DNA from: Phoronis australis
Lineage: Eukaryota; Animalia; Phoronida
Reading direction: 5' to 3'
Length of the DNA: 64,000 nt
NCBI GenBank assembly: GCA_002633005.1
Contig: NMRA01000008.1
Location: forward strand, 898,642-962,641
Part shown: piece by piece, positions 1 to 12,435 of the stretch
How the letters are laid out: every line of letters begins with the position of its first letter
Numbering within the stretch: the stretch's first letter is position 1
Program-made: the position numbers and the translations under genes
Notes under the pieces: generated by a model
Database searches by the model: none
Seen by the model: the letters and a program-made list of their open reading frames with translations, nothing else
What the model was told of the DNA's origin: nothing

Positions 1-479
1 TTTTCGCTCCTCTTTTCAAATATTACAGTAAAAACTACGTAAAATTCTCTCCATAAAAAGTACAGTTGTTAGGCTAGACTGTAATCAGCTGATCATATCC
101 GCATGAGCGAAGTCAATTATCCTCGCTCGTGACTCGATGAATAGAGCAGCTTGGCGGCATCCCTTTGAGCAGGAGCCGAGCGCGTCTCAGCCAAGGTGGA
201 TAAATACGGTCTAGTACAATTTTCCATACCCCGCCGTTTACCTTAAACACCGGGGTTAGAACCAATTTTATTTAGTGGGAATGTTCATAGCATGTGCAAT
301 CGTTACCAGGATAGGATTCTATTCCAACAACAACATTGGTAACAGATATAGAACACCATCATGGTAAGGAGTAGCGATATGTCATTTATAAGTCGAGTAA
401 AAGGTCTAAATCAATTTTGCTTTTAAGACTGATGAACAGGGCAAAATGCAGCTCTAAATGCAATGGAATGCTAACCAAC

Positions 480-3400
480 CTCTGGGTACTATTGTGGTAG
501 CTGTAAATCCCGCAGCAGAGGCGCTTCTCGGGGCTCTTGTCGTCATACAACGGTTGCACGTTGTTCACGCAGCATTGCTGACCTTCCTGCAGGAAGCTGT
601 GGCCACAAAGAGGGGCAGCATCCTTGGGGACCAGACGGCCAACCAACTTCTCACATCTCTAAAACACAACACAATGGGATTAACGTCAGTTAAAGCATGG
701 AATTATATAGCTTAGAACACTATAGCAAAACTGCACTTTGAGTCAGACAGACGAGTCACAAAGGGATCAACTTTGCCAGTAATTATTTATATCCTCACTA
801 CTTGATCTCCTTTGAAGCAAAAATTGATGTCAAAAGACATTCACTCTCTGCCATAATTGATAAACAAATACCCCTGCATGCGCATGTGTCTTTTGCAGTA
901 ATTAGTACACAAAAACACCAACAATACACCACCAAAAGTGACTCTAATGTAGCTGTTCACATTTCTTGCACAAGCGCTTAACTAAAACAACATCAGTTTT
1001 GATGTAGGTGGAGCTAATAGCAAAGTGCAAGCAAATGTGACGCTTAAAATTGTTCACATGACCATCGTTCGAACATCAGACTCTCCACAAGTTAAGCTGT
1101 TTAGAATATACACTTAACAACGCAGATCCTCTCCTAAACGGATTGCATTGAATAACATGCACTTGAATCACCCTGTCATTATTAAATAAAAAACAAATAC
1201 TAATACTCTAAAGTTAGAGTCTTTCAAGGCAGCTGTAAACTTTAAATGTTCCACTGACAAAGCATCAAAATCATTGACTTTCTTCGCAGGCATATCTGTG
1301 CTCTCTTAAAGCGACATCATAGCAATCTCATATCTTCGAACTGATATTTGTTACAATAAATTGCCTGAATTCCCTTGACGACCATATTGTTGCCATGGTG
1401 ACTAAAACTGACCACTCGCCATGGTGAGCTACTTAATCAGGGCCAGATCTTAAGCAGTATGACACGCCAGCCCTATTAAAGCATAGAAATTATTCTCATC
1501 TGAGTATAAGGAACATGACTCCAATTTTACAGGACGGTAATTCTTCACAACCATGGCTGACAAAAAGGCATTCCGTTTCTTCAAATTTCATCACAAAAAT
1601 AGAGTTTGAGAAAAGTTTAGTCCTTTACTAGTCTAAGAATGGTTTGTACAGAGTAAATGTCATTACGCAACACCTGGGAAAGTTTCCACAAAACAGTAAT
1701 CAGCCTTTGAAAAATAGAAAAATGACATTTTTTGGTTAAAATCAGTGGCCTAAATCAAACATCTGGACAAAAAATGCCATGCCTATATTGGCCATCTACA
1801 ATACTGCTATTCTTCACTGAAGATAATGCAACATGAATAAATTGGATCAAATGAATCACATATCCACAATAAACCTTCAAACTCCATCAATTCAACACCA
1901 CTTACATCAGGTTAAAAAGAAACTCAGCAACAAAAGAATGTCACACGACTTGCGCTCATAAGGTCGGAAATCCATCAACACCCTGACAACCATAATGCGG
2001 CAGTGAAAAAGTTAAAACTGATAATATTAAGTTCTCAGTTTATTTATTTCACAATTAGGGATCATGAAGGTATTTGGACCAGTCATCACCAAATTAGAAT
2101 TACTTAGAACTAGACTTATTATCTGAACTAGGAAAATATACCATTTTGGCCACTCAAAATTTTATGACAGGGGAAGTTTTTGGGAAAAACAAATCTAAGG
2201 CATACTCAGAATAGCGCAATCAGCAATTACTCAGCAAGTTCTAAATACAGTGAAAAATTTCCCGTGTGGCACAAAAGAGAACAAAAAATTGCAAGAAGTC
2301 ATTAAAATTTAATTTTTTTTTCATGAAGGAATGGACACACATTCTCATCATTGATTTGAAACTTTAAATTGAAACAAAAAAAAAACAAAAAATCTCTTTT
2401 GTGAAATCCCAAAAAGTATGAATGATTGGTAAAAAATCGACAAAACCCTCGTCTTGAACCGCATTGGAGATGAATTTCTAAAGTGCCAGCGTAATTGTTG
2501 TACAGCAGTCATCTCCTATGGACATGTATTTGCTGTTTTATTTCACAAGAATTTATTGATATAATAATAATTGTACTTTTTTGTTAGCCATCAATCAAAC
2601 AATCACACTTGATGCTCCCGCATCAATTCAGAACACCCACTCACAAGGACGGGACATCCCCAAACAACTGCAGAGTGAGTGCTGGGGGCTGTCAAAAGAA
2701 ATGGGACTCTTCCAGAGTAAGAATGGGGAAAACACTCCTTGTCACATCCCAGACTTTGTTTACATTGTATTTGGAAAAAATAAGTAGGAGTAAGAACTGA
2801 AAAGGTATTCAATTCAAAAGATTTGTGATGTCATATCAACTTCAAGCATTCAACATGCACAAGTCTGTTTGACATTGAGAGACCTGAAAAGCAGTTGTGA
2901 CTTGACTCAATTTCCAATTCTGGTGTGCAAGACCGGGAGAACTTGCAAGCAATTACCTTCATTCACGGGCATTTTAGGACGTTGAGATTTCTGTGTGAAC
3001 CTTTTGAACATCCCACTACACAACACTGGCAATTTAATCGCAGGATTGGCAAAGAATTTATCAAAAAAGGGTGGGAAATCCCTTTGCCTCACACCCCACT
3101 TAAGAAAGGTGTCTACCAACTAATCTCACTGCTTCTTGTGACAGGGTGTCTTTCATTATGCCACTGCTTTATCGTAAAATGGCAAATGAGTAAGGCCCAA
3201 TCCTATCGTTATATTCTATTCTACATAACATTAATTCAAAGCAACAAAACTGGAGTTGTCATCTTGCTACTTACAAAAAACTTCTGAGGCTCGTAAGCTT
3301 GAGTACCGCAGCATTTCAAGTCGGCCTCAGGGTTGATTTTCCTGACGGGAGTGTCTGAGCAACATAGGTGGTTGCTAGAAGACACCACCATGTCACCACA

Positions 3401-6400
3401 GCAGGTGTGAGTGGTCCTGTTGTAGACCAGACCATTGCAGCAGGCAAAGTCATGCTTTCCCAGCTCGTCGCGGGATGTACCACTACACTTTGCAGCTACA
3501 CAACTTTGCGTTGTATCTACAGAAATAGTATGTTGTTACAATAAATGTTAAGTAGAAGAAACAAGTACACCTGATGTAATATATCCTGTAATACCTGTCA
3601 CGGACAGGATCATAGGGGATGTGCTGATGCATTAAGCCCCTCCCCAGACCATCCCCGTGACAGCAGAAGCCACAGAACTCCAGGGCTGACGTTGCCTGCC
3701 AGCATCTGATTTGACAACACTCGGGCATGGCTCTTCTAATACACCAGGGTTGAGTTGCATAAAGCTTCAAAAGTTATCCGCTGGATAAGTCTAATTGTTG
3801 CATGACGTCAAGTGCATTGTTCAACAATAACAACGTGGCGCGTGATAATGCGACGTCATTGTTGCTATACGGCGTATAACTTTTATGCAACCGGGCCCTG
3901 ATGTCTTTTTAGTAAGTATAGTTTTCACCATAACTTAAAGCACCCAAGGCACTTGTGTGACAGTATACAAATATACCCTATTTGTAAATCAACATAGCTG
4001 TGGCAGAAAATTTCTACACTATCTACAATTTTGTAAATAGGCCATGCAAATGCAAAATATTCCACATAAGTGCAACAATGGGACAGAATTCTTATAGATA
4101 GTATCTTCGACTTTTAGTCAGCCCGGCTACTTCGATTACATCTTGACATCAGCAAATTTTGCTGAAATTTTGTAGACGGCTACAAAACTTAAGCTCACTT
4201 TTCTTGACTTTCTGTCCAAGGCAACACCTATATATGTTGCCATTGACAACATGTCCACCACAGCAGATGTGCGTAGTCTTATTGTACACTTTATCTCCAC
4301 AGCATCCCTGGTTGTTTCTCAGCACTCCACAGTCTGCAATGGAAAATGAATCTGTATTCTATAAGTTAGGAAGAAAATGTACACAGCATATGAATCAATA
4401 TTCATAAGCAAAAACGAAATCACAAGTCAAGCAGCTTGTGGAAACATACCTCTCCAGCCGTTTTCCGCCAGCAAGAACTCAAATATGCATGCCATGTTTT
4501 TGGGTTCAAATCTTCCTTTCTGTTAATTCACACTTTACAACTAACTCCCATTTAGCCTGTATTCCAGACTACTTCAGAGGCCTGATATCAATTTTTCTTA
4601 TGTTAACCGCCAGGCTCAGTATTGTGTCTGACAACCACACAAAGCACCAATTATTTACCAAACTGAATGAGAACATTAACACCCATCAACTCAAAACTGA
4701 TGTCAACAGATAAAAACCCATAACAGCGTTTTGGTCAAGTTTCATTCAGTTGAATTTCCTCCACAAAAGAAATATTCCATCACTAAGTTTTCATGAGGAA
4801 TATAATTTCAGAAGCAAACACGTTACGAAATTGCCACTTTCTGTCCTTGACATTTCAGCCAGTACATTATTGCCCTGAAGACACTGCTAATCTGTCATTG
4901 CTTGTACAACACAATATGAGCTTAGACCAACTTTCCTAACATCAAGGGTGGATGGCGACACCAATTTTCCCAGTTTATATAAGGCCCTTTCATACTGACT
5001 TAACTCCGGTCTTGGAGCGATGACGTAAACAGTGCAGTTAACTGGACCGTTCATACTGGCTTCGATAGTTAATGAACTTCGAAGTAAACGGGAAGAGACA
5101 CTGTCGTCATCAAAGTTATCGCAAGGCAGTGCTGCACGCTAAGATTGTTTTCAATGTGACAATTTGGGAACATTTACATGTGCTAATTGACATTAAACTT
5201 ATTTTTAAATCGATTGGTTGTTATTAGAGCAAAATGTAAGCAGCTTTTAGTAACGGCACTACCCTGTAAATGTTGACGATAACAGTGGCACCTGGCGATA
5301 ACTTCGATTGGACCGAAGTTAACCGTTCATACTGCACCGCAGCGTCGACGCTGTTAACTGCGATGTTAACTGGAGCTGTTAACTTCGATCCAGGACCAGA
5401 GTTAAGCGTTCATACTGACCGCAACTCTCCAAACCATCGACGCATTGACGTTAGTATGAAAGGCCCTATAGATTATGTACTTAAAGAATTAGTGTAGTCC
5501 AACTACAAGATAACTCTGAACAGCCCAGTGTTTCTTAATGATAAACTATCAGTGAATTTACACAATTCTCATTTGCTTGAATTTTACAGTAAAATAACAA
5601 ATTGCCACTATGAAATGCCACAACAGTCAAGAATTAAACTCAAACAAGGAAACTGTAACCCAAATTCCATGATCCAAAGGTAACTACAGGATTTAGAGGA
5701 AAATGCATTAGAATAGAATTTGTTCTAGAGGGCATACTGACCCCTCCATCCACCGAACATGCATCAAAGGGTTTGTGTGGGCCGAGAGACAGAGGCGGAC
5801 GCTGAAAGGATTTAGATTAGGGAAATGGCATGGGTATACTGTAGATAAAAAAGTGGCCAAACTTTTGGGCACTGTACTCTCTCAAAACACACTCAAACAA
5901 AAAGCATGGAACAACACCACTGGTAACCATGGAGACTACCTGATGAGCAGCCAGTTCCTCCACATCACTGGACAAATCAACCCTGCATTATTAACAGTCT
6001 ACCCAATCCGAGAGATCCAATCCGTTTAAATTACTCATTTTTGGTGCAAAATTAAATTAAGGGCAGTTAGCTCGAAACACTCACTAAAATAACAACGCTT
6101 AAAGATATCTTTTCGAGCATCCGTTCTATTACCATGAATTCCTTTTTTTTCTTTTTAAGTATTCATTATCATTGATAAACAAAGGTGAATATGGAAAACA
6201 TTACATGGCCGTATTGCCCTCGACAGATTCAACGTGTATGGGATAAAGTAAACAACTGCAACATGGAGTTAACGTGTATGGGATAAAGTAAACAACTGCA
6301 ACATGGAGTTAACGTGAACAAAAAATTTTCCCACATTTCGCAGAGAATGATCAATTATAGTTAACTTCGACTTAATAAAGTCATCTTCAAATGAACCAAA

Positions 6401-6763
6401 ATTGTTTAAGAACAGGTAGAGTGAGTACAGTAATTCACCACTTTTAGCCGCAGGGCTTTCAAGATATCTACAGGCCAGTGATGGCGAGTTACTTTTTCAG
6501 TTGATGATGGCAACAAAACAACTTTTACTATTGATTAAATTTATGATTACCTACTCCGTATACTTACCCGAGCAGTAATATTCATTGGCATTGTGAACGT
6601 ACACAATGACCCCTCTACAAAAAACGTTAACTGAGGGGTTAATGCAAAGAACGCCCTGATATTCATTGACGAAGGCCTCATAGCCATTCTCACACCGATA
6701 GCCTAATACACACAGAATTAAGTTAAAAGCCACTAATAGACACAAAACCTGATTCCGAAACAT
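480..6763 (-). CDS. Secreted cysteine-rich galaxin-like protein (spliced; 3' structure uncertain, may continue left of 480)
   Basis: GT-AG exons 6763-6568 (signal peptide MFRNQVLCLLVAFNLILCVLG), 4333-4199 (DCGVLRNNQGCCGDKVYNKTTHICCGG), 3516-3275 (ACCNGLVYNRTTHTCCGD...KCCGTQAYEPQKFF) and 3025-2963 (CCVVGC...KCP*) join in phase to give 211 aa. A further di-Cys exon lies at 658-~480 (QQCCVNN...RLCCGIYSYHNSTQR) and a candidate 44-nt exon at 2688-2645. The repeated CC-x-G...Y.....CC pattern is typical of galaxin/usherin-type repeats. Confidence 0.75.
3745..3900. mobile_element. Small MITE (156 bp)
   Basis: Imperfect terminal inverted repeats cagggttgagttgcataaag ... cttttatgcaaccgggccctg; no clear TSD. 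Confidence 0.55.
4552..4980 (+). repeat. Dispersed repeat, copy 1 (copy 2 at about 13345-13790)
   Basis: Collinear similarity, e.g. atatcaatttttcttatgttaaccgccaggctcagt vs atatcaatcttccttttgttaatcgccaggctcagt; also shared ttcatgaggaat and ggcgacacc. Confidence 0.7.
4982..5467. mobile_element. MITE, possibly PIF/Harbinger-like
   Basis: TIRs aggccctttcatactgac ... gttagtatgaaaggccct in a TA-rich site; internal subrepeats cgttcatactg. Confidence 0.65.
6231..6316 (+). repeat. 40-bp tandem duplication
   Basis: aacgtgtatgggataaagtaaacaactgcaacatggagtt occurs twice head-to-tail. Confidence 0.9.
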
Positions 6764-8125
6764 TGTGAATTCAACTACTTCCGAACTGCCCACACTCTCC
6801 AGTTTTATGGATCAATTTGAGGGAATTTTGAAGGTGAACACTCCTAAATGTTATTTTCCCGAAACATTTATTAGCAAATGGTTTTCCCTAGGTGAATCAT
6901 TATCTCAAAAATAGTACTGATTGAGACAGTGAAGAATGTGAGAATGGTTATCACAATTGATTGCTTAATTAAACTCCATGTTATTGTGAACCTTGAAAAC
7001 AGTAAGATATAGTCATAGTAAAAATTCTCCCACACAAGAATTACATAGCTGAAAATTGAACTTAGACGCCATGTAGGTTGCAAACAAGGTGAGGTCATTT
7101 CCTACATATCCGCTACGAGTGAGTTAGGTGAAATTATGAATTATCACAAGTTAGAGGTATTGACCATAGGAACTTAATATATATTTTATAAACCATTTTC
7201 AGGCATGTTTGTGACCCCCATTGAAAGCACACAAAGATTGAATTTATCCTTCGGTTGAATATGAACTCGCCAGGAATTTCCCGGACATGCTATTGGTATC
7301 ACCTTCAAATTTCATTGCACCCCTGCCCATTGTGTTGTAACTGTGTAAACTATATACCATTGGCTACTTATAGAGATTGGTGTATCAACAACGGAACAGT
7401 AGTTGAAAGGCATGTTATTACTGAATCTCTTTTGTAGCTCAAACAAAGAAAAACTTCAATCTTCAATGACTGGTTAAGTTTTTTATAGTCTGCGATATCT
7501 GAAAAGGACAGGAAAGAATGTTGCCGTCTAGCAGTAAGCAGGAACTAGTTTACAAAGTTTTTATTCAAGTGGCATTCAACAAGGATTTCAACTGCCGTAC
7601 AAATGACTGCAGCAGTTGAAAATTTTTATATGGAAAAAGTTAGCACTACATCGACAGTGAAAACATTCCCGAGACTCGTACATCCATATACCAATGAAAT
7701 GGCGACTTAAACATAGTGTAGGAGACACCTCAAAAAACTATTTTGCGAAAGGAGCAAACATGAAATGGCAGAAAGATGCCAACAGTGACAATATATACTT
7801 AGCTTTAATAATATGGTTTCGGTGGTTTAATTCATTTTTCTTTGCTTTTTGGCAGCTAAATTTTTGAGGTAATGTAGTAAATGAGCCATAATCTTGCCAT
7901 TAAACAAGTATTGAGAACCAAATATTAATTCATATAATTTATCTGCTGAGGAATGCTATCTATTTTAGTTGCTCTTTGGAGATAAGATGAATTTGTGCTA
8001 CCCAAAATGCTTTACCTTTTCCTATGAGCATGCATGCATAATTGTTGCCGCAAAGACACAGTTGCCAGACCACTCAAATTGGCATTTCCAGTCTTAATAC
8101 ATTGTTCAAAACACCGGCAATATGG

Positions 8126-8134
8126 ACAGACAGG

Positions 8135-8174
<40 letters not shown>
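8126..8174 (+). repeat. (GACA)n microsatellite
   Basis: Read directly from the sequence. Confidence 0.9.
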
Positions 8175-8175
<1 letters not shown>

Positions 8176-10814
8176 TGCATGCACAGCTTTGGTGTTCCCT
8201 CAAACTCATAGTTTACATTTCGGAACAAGTCTACCTGTAGGTTTCCAATAAAGCACAACAGTCAGTAAACCAATTTGCTAACTCAGCAGACATGATGAGA
8301 AATCTTCATTAACGGAATGGAAAGAATAAGTGAATTCCATTCCATAATTCAATATCCCAACTGAAAAATAACTTTCCCTGGATTTGCACATACTTAAGTG
8401 TTGGATTTGTAGATGACGAACACTGATATTGGTGCAGGCAAAATCTGCAAGTCAAGTTTTCTTTTATAGGAACATACCGTGAATAATACGCTTACAAGGA
8501 AGTCAGGCATTTCTAAAGATATGCGGGAATTTTCACTGCTCGTCCTTCTGAGCGGCTTGTACCAGGATCAAAGAGAGCGCAGCACCGGAGTCGGACACAG
8601 TTGTGATGACCGCATTGTCCGGTGCAAGCAAGACCCAATTAAGTATAATTACCCGACCATAAACTGTATTAAACATCTCTGCCTGTACATAATGGCGAGT
8701 TTTCGAAATGCAATAACCAATTATCAGAGTTAACAAAATCACATTATCATTTTAATATTCTTTCAAGCCCGTTTAACCAGATTTTTAACTAGGAAACAGT
8801 ACTTAACTAGTGCCCACTTTTTATGACTGACAAAAAGATAGAAGTCTTCAATTTGGCTATCACCATATTTGCACTTTCGTATATTCTTTATGATTTGAGT
8901 TCTAATACAGATTAAACTTGAACTGATGACACAAGTAGTTTTGTTTGCTGTGAATGCTTAATGTAGCTGTAATCTGCAGTGTTGAGGATAAGTTCACAAT
9001 TAACTAAACTAAATATAAATTAAGTTTCGCTGGGGATCAAAATCTATCACTGTTTTGGTACTTCAAGTTTGAAAATAAAATAAAAAGATATCAAAATTTT
9101 CCCGGTAAGAAAAAAAAACAAGCAGACAGGAGTATTAGTAATGAATTAAAATAATGAAAATAAACACAAAATAACTTTTTAGTCATTTCGTAATATTTAT
9201 TAAAATGTACCAACGAAGTTAAAACTACTCTCAACTGTTGCAGGCTGTAAGTCTGTGCAAATGCCAGAGAAAACCAATTTGGGTGTAATAACAACCATCA
9301 TTGTTTCAACACCAGTGCTAGCCATTACCTTTCCACTTCAAAAGCTCAGATCTGCATCAATACAAAGGGGGTGCTGAATAGGCATCATAAAAGTTGTCTG
9401 GGGCTAAGGGAATCTGAGTGGTGAGCAGTGTAAGCAAGAAATTCTCCACGAGCATAGTCGTTTTAACTGCATCTTGACAAATGAATTTGGTTATCTTGGT
9501 TGATAGTTAATTAAAATTCTTACTTCATATTCTTTTAAAAATGCAAGTACCTACTAATTTTTTCGTTTTCAGAGGACAATGCTTTGGAGCTCAATTTTGA
9601 ATTCATAGGAAAACCCCAGCTGCAAACAAATTCGTACCCTTAAGCGCTGATTTCGGAATTTAAGGTACACGCTCGTGTCAGCACATTGCATCTTATAACT
9701 GAAGTGTCGTGAACTGCATAGTCCGAAATTTCACGTCTTCGGAAATTAGTACTTAATTAACCCTAGGAGTAGTCGAAACTTCAGAGAAGGGATCAATTAA
9801 CCTTTCAAGAATACTAATCAATTTAAACCTTTGGAGTGGTGAGAACGGCAGAGTCATAGGCAGATTTAGGGCGAGAGGCGGGGGGTGGGGGGGNNNNNNN
9901 NNNNNNNNNNNNNNNNNNNNNNNNNNNNNNNNNNNNNNNNNNNNNNNNNNNNNNNNNNNNNNNNNNNNNNNNNNNNNNNNNNNNNNNNNNNNGTTAGGGG
10001 GCCTAGCCCCCCCCTCCCTTAGCTGCATGCCGCAAGCATTTAATGAAACATCAACAGCGTGAAGGGTGAGGAAAGATTGAGTACTAGAACCGATAGCGGA
10101 TAAGGGGGACCAGACCGCGGCAGAATCGTGTCCCTGTTTTTTTTTTTTAGTCCTTCGATTGATTTTTCGAACAGAAGGTCTACATCCCCACCCCCGCAAC
10201 TTTCAGGCCGGCTGTGCGCATGCAGTCGCACTTTGCTCAATTACCCGAGTCAACACTGATGTTGGGCCCCCCTTACAGTATCCTAGATCCAACACTGAGA
10301 GTAATTAACAATTGTTACTATTTGGGAAATGGACATCGTGGAAGTGTAAAGACACTTATTAAGACTAAGTAACCCTTGGTGCAAACCTGTAGTATATAGT
10401 CCTACTTAAGAAAGACGATTCTGCATCCTAGCTGGCTGCCTATATTGGAAACAGAGACAACTTTTGTTAAAAGCAGTGAAGCATCAGCAATTGAGGCTTT
10501 GGAGTAGCAAGAGGGCCAACTCACTGATCTCTATACTATAGATACTAAATTACATTTTATTACCCGGCGTAAATATGGTGGTACACTGAAAAGATGGTTA
10601 ACCGGGTCTACGGAACGGGCCCAGCATCAGAAAGAATGCCATGCATGATTATAGTCTACGTTTAGGCAACACGTAGCCCCTCGGTTGGCCGGTATGCCTG
10701 CGGTATCCAGGGCGATGTAGGCCTATAGTCTACGTACGCCCATTCCGAGTCTGCTAAGATAAAATACATTTAGAATTCACAAAATATATTTTTAAGACAA
10801 AGTTACACGTTTAC

Positions 10815-11143
10815 CTGTTTACAACCGCACTCATTCTTCCACACTTTCGCAGCCGCTATAATCTTAACTTTCCATGTTCAGGCGCAAATTACGTCTGTCT
10901 GGATCAGCGGCTGACTGGTAACCAGGAGACTAGCTGCCTTGCTGGCCTTGTCGTTGTTTTGTCTATGGTTGGTTCGGGTCAACCTCTCTCTCCGGGGTTG
11001 TCAATGTTTTAAATTTTGTTGTCGATAGATAGCGCGACGCACGTTGTTTCTTGCACCCGGAAGCTCAAGTAACTACATTCAAGCAGTGCGAAGTTATGGG
11101 CATTTAATTTGTAAACTGCCTAACAGCTAACATGATTAGAAAG
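10815..11143. promoter_or_regulatory. Candidate bidirectional promoter with non-coding first exons
   Basis: CpG-richer patch with ETS-like CCGGAAG (11057-11063), bracketed by a minus-strand donor CAG|GTAAAC (10815) and a plus-strand donor AAG|GTAACG (11143). The TAPP first coding exon has an acceptor ending at 12386 and so needs an upstream exon. Confidence 0.4.
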
Positions 11144-12435
11144 GTAACGACTTTAATTGAAGTAGGTAGTCTTCGTGGAAGTGGGTGCATTTGTCTTCTG
11201 TCTTGTACACACCTTGGTTGTTGCGTGAATGTTGTCCGCTGTGTGTGTCCCGTGGCCGTGTGCGCTAAAATATGACAGCGTTTTCCTGTTCAGTGACTTT
11301 ACCAGACGGGTTCTGAGCGTGTGAAAACATCTAGCTTCTTTGTTAACTGCCACGCACACTCTTTGGTCTGTGGTCTGTTATGACAACAAGCAGGCCAATT
11401 ATCTACCAGGCTTATTACAGACCACGTGTGAACACACTCAAACTCAGAGTGTATTGGGACAGAATAGATTGTCGTATTGGTGAATCAAAAACTAACATGA
11501 TCGTCATTTGACAAAGATTTCAGAAATGCTATTGGTTTATGTTCAAGTATGTTATAACTTAATTTTTATTTTTAACAGCACAGCCCAGTCAGGGTAATGG
11601 TGTCAAATATGACTCCCTATAGTCCTCACCAATTCACCTTTTTCAGTAAATCTAGTTAATATGGGTACCAATGCTTTCTAGACAAAGCCTACACTCCCCT
11701 TGCCATGTTATTATTGCTTTAAAACAGCCAGTGTTGCAAAAATATGAACGAATTTTCCGTACTCAATTTTCTCATGTACTGACGCCATTTTTGAAAGTTA
11801 GAGAACGCACGTCGTATAATATATAACCAGCAAATGACCACAAGATTGTATACTCAGACTATACTAAAACCACCCTGTACAGGCTGCAGTATTACCAAAT
11901 TCGTTGAACAAGAGGATTAAGTGGTCCCCACCAACAACACACTACAAAAGCTTAATTTAACTCAAATTAAAACGTATGGTCGTATGGATAAATTTTATCC
12001 ACATGGACCATGCACGTGTATGAAATGTGTCCGCCGACCATGCTGCTCGTGGCTGACAGAAGGGGTGGCGGTATGTACGAAAATTATCCGTCGGGACCTC
12101 GGGCCTTCTCTAAGAAAATTAAAGCGTGTGATCGTATGCCCGAATAACTGAATGTCAGCCCGATCAAAAGCGTTCTGAGACTCGAGCAAAATCGCATTCA
12201 TCGGTCAGGCTGGGTACGGACAAAAATTAACAGCCCCCACCACGCTCTCTCGAGTTGTTTAAAGCGCGCAGTCCTATGGTAAAAAATTATCCGTCTGAAG
12301 CATGTCTTTTCTAAGATAGGCCTACTTAATTATAGCCATGATTGTTTGGACGGATTTAATTATCTACTTTGTTAAACAATTTCTAGGTGTGAGATTTCTA
12401 TTGGCAATGATGAGTTGACAGAATCCTGTGGAAAA

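Noticed and set aside
2963-2965. Selenocysteine or readthrough at the TGA in the galaxin-like exon
   Set aside because: No SECIS seen, and the downstream readthrough peptide is unconvincing; a frameshift or alternative splicing is simpler.
3596-3708. Extra Cys-containing exon (FCGFCCHGDG...PYDPVRD) in the galaxin-like gene
   Set aside because: Its best splice sites are phase 2-2, incompatible with the flanking phase-1 junction; left unassigned.
8292-8364. ATGATGA...CTGA, a possible C/D snoRNA
   Set aside because: No terminal stem, no recognisable guide and no plus-strand host intron.
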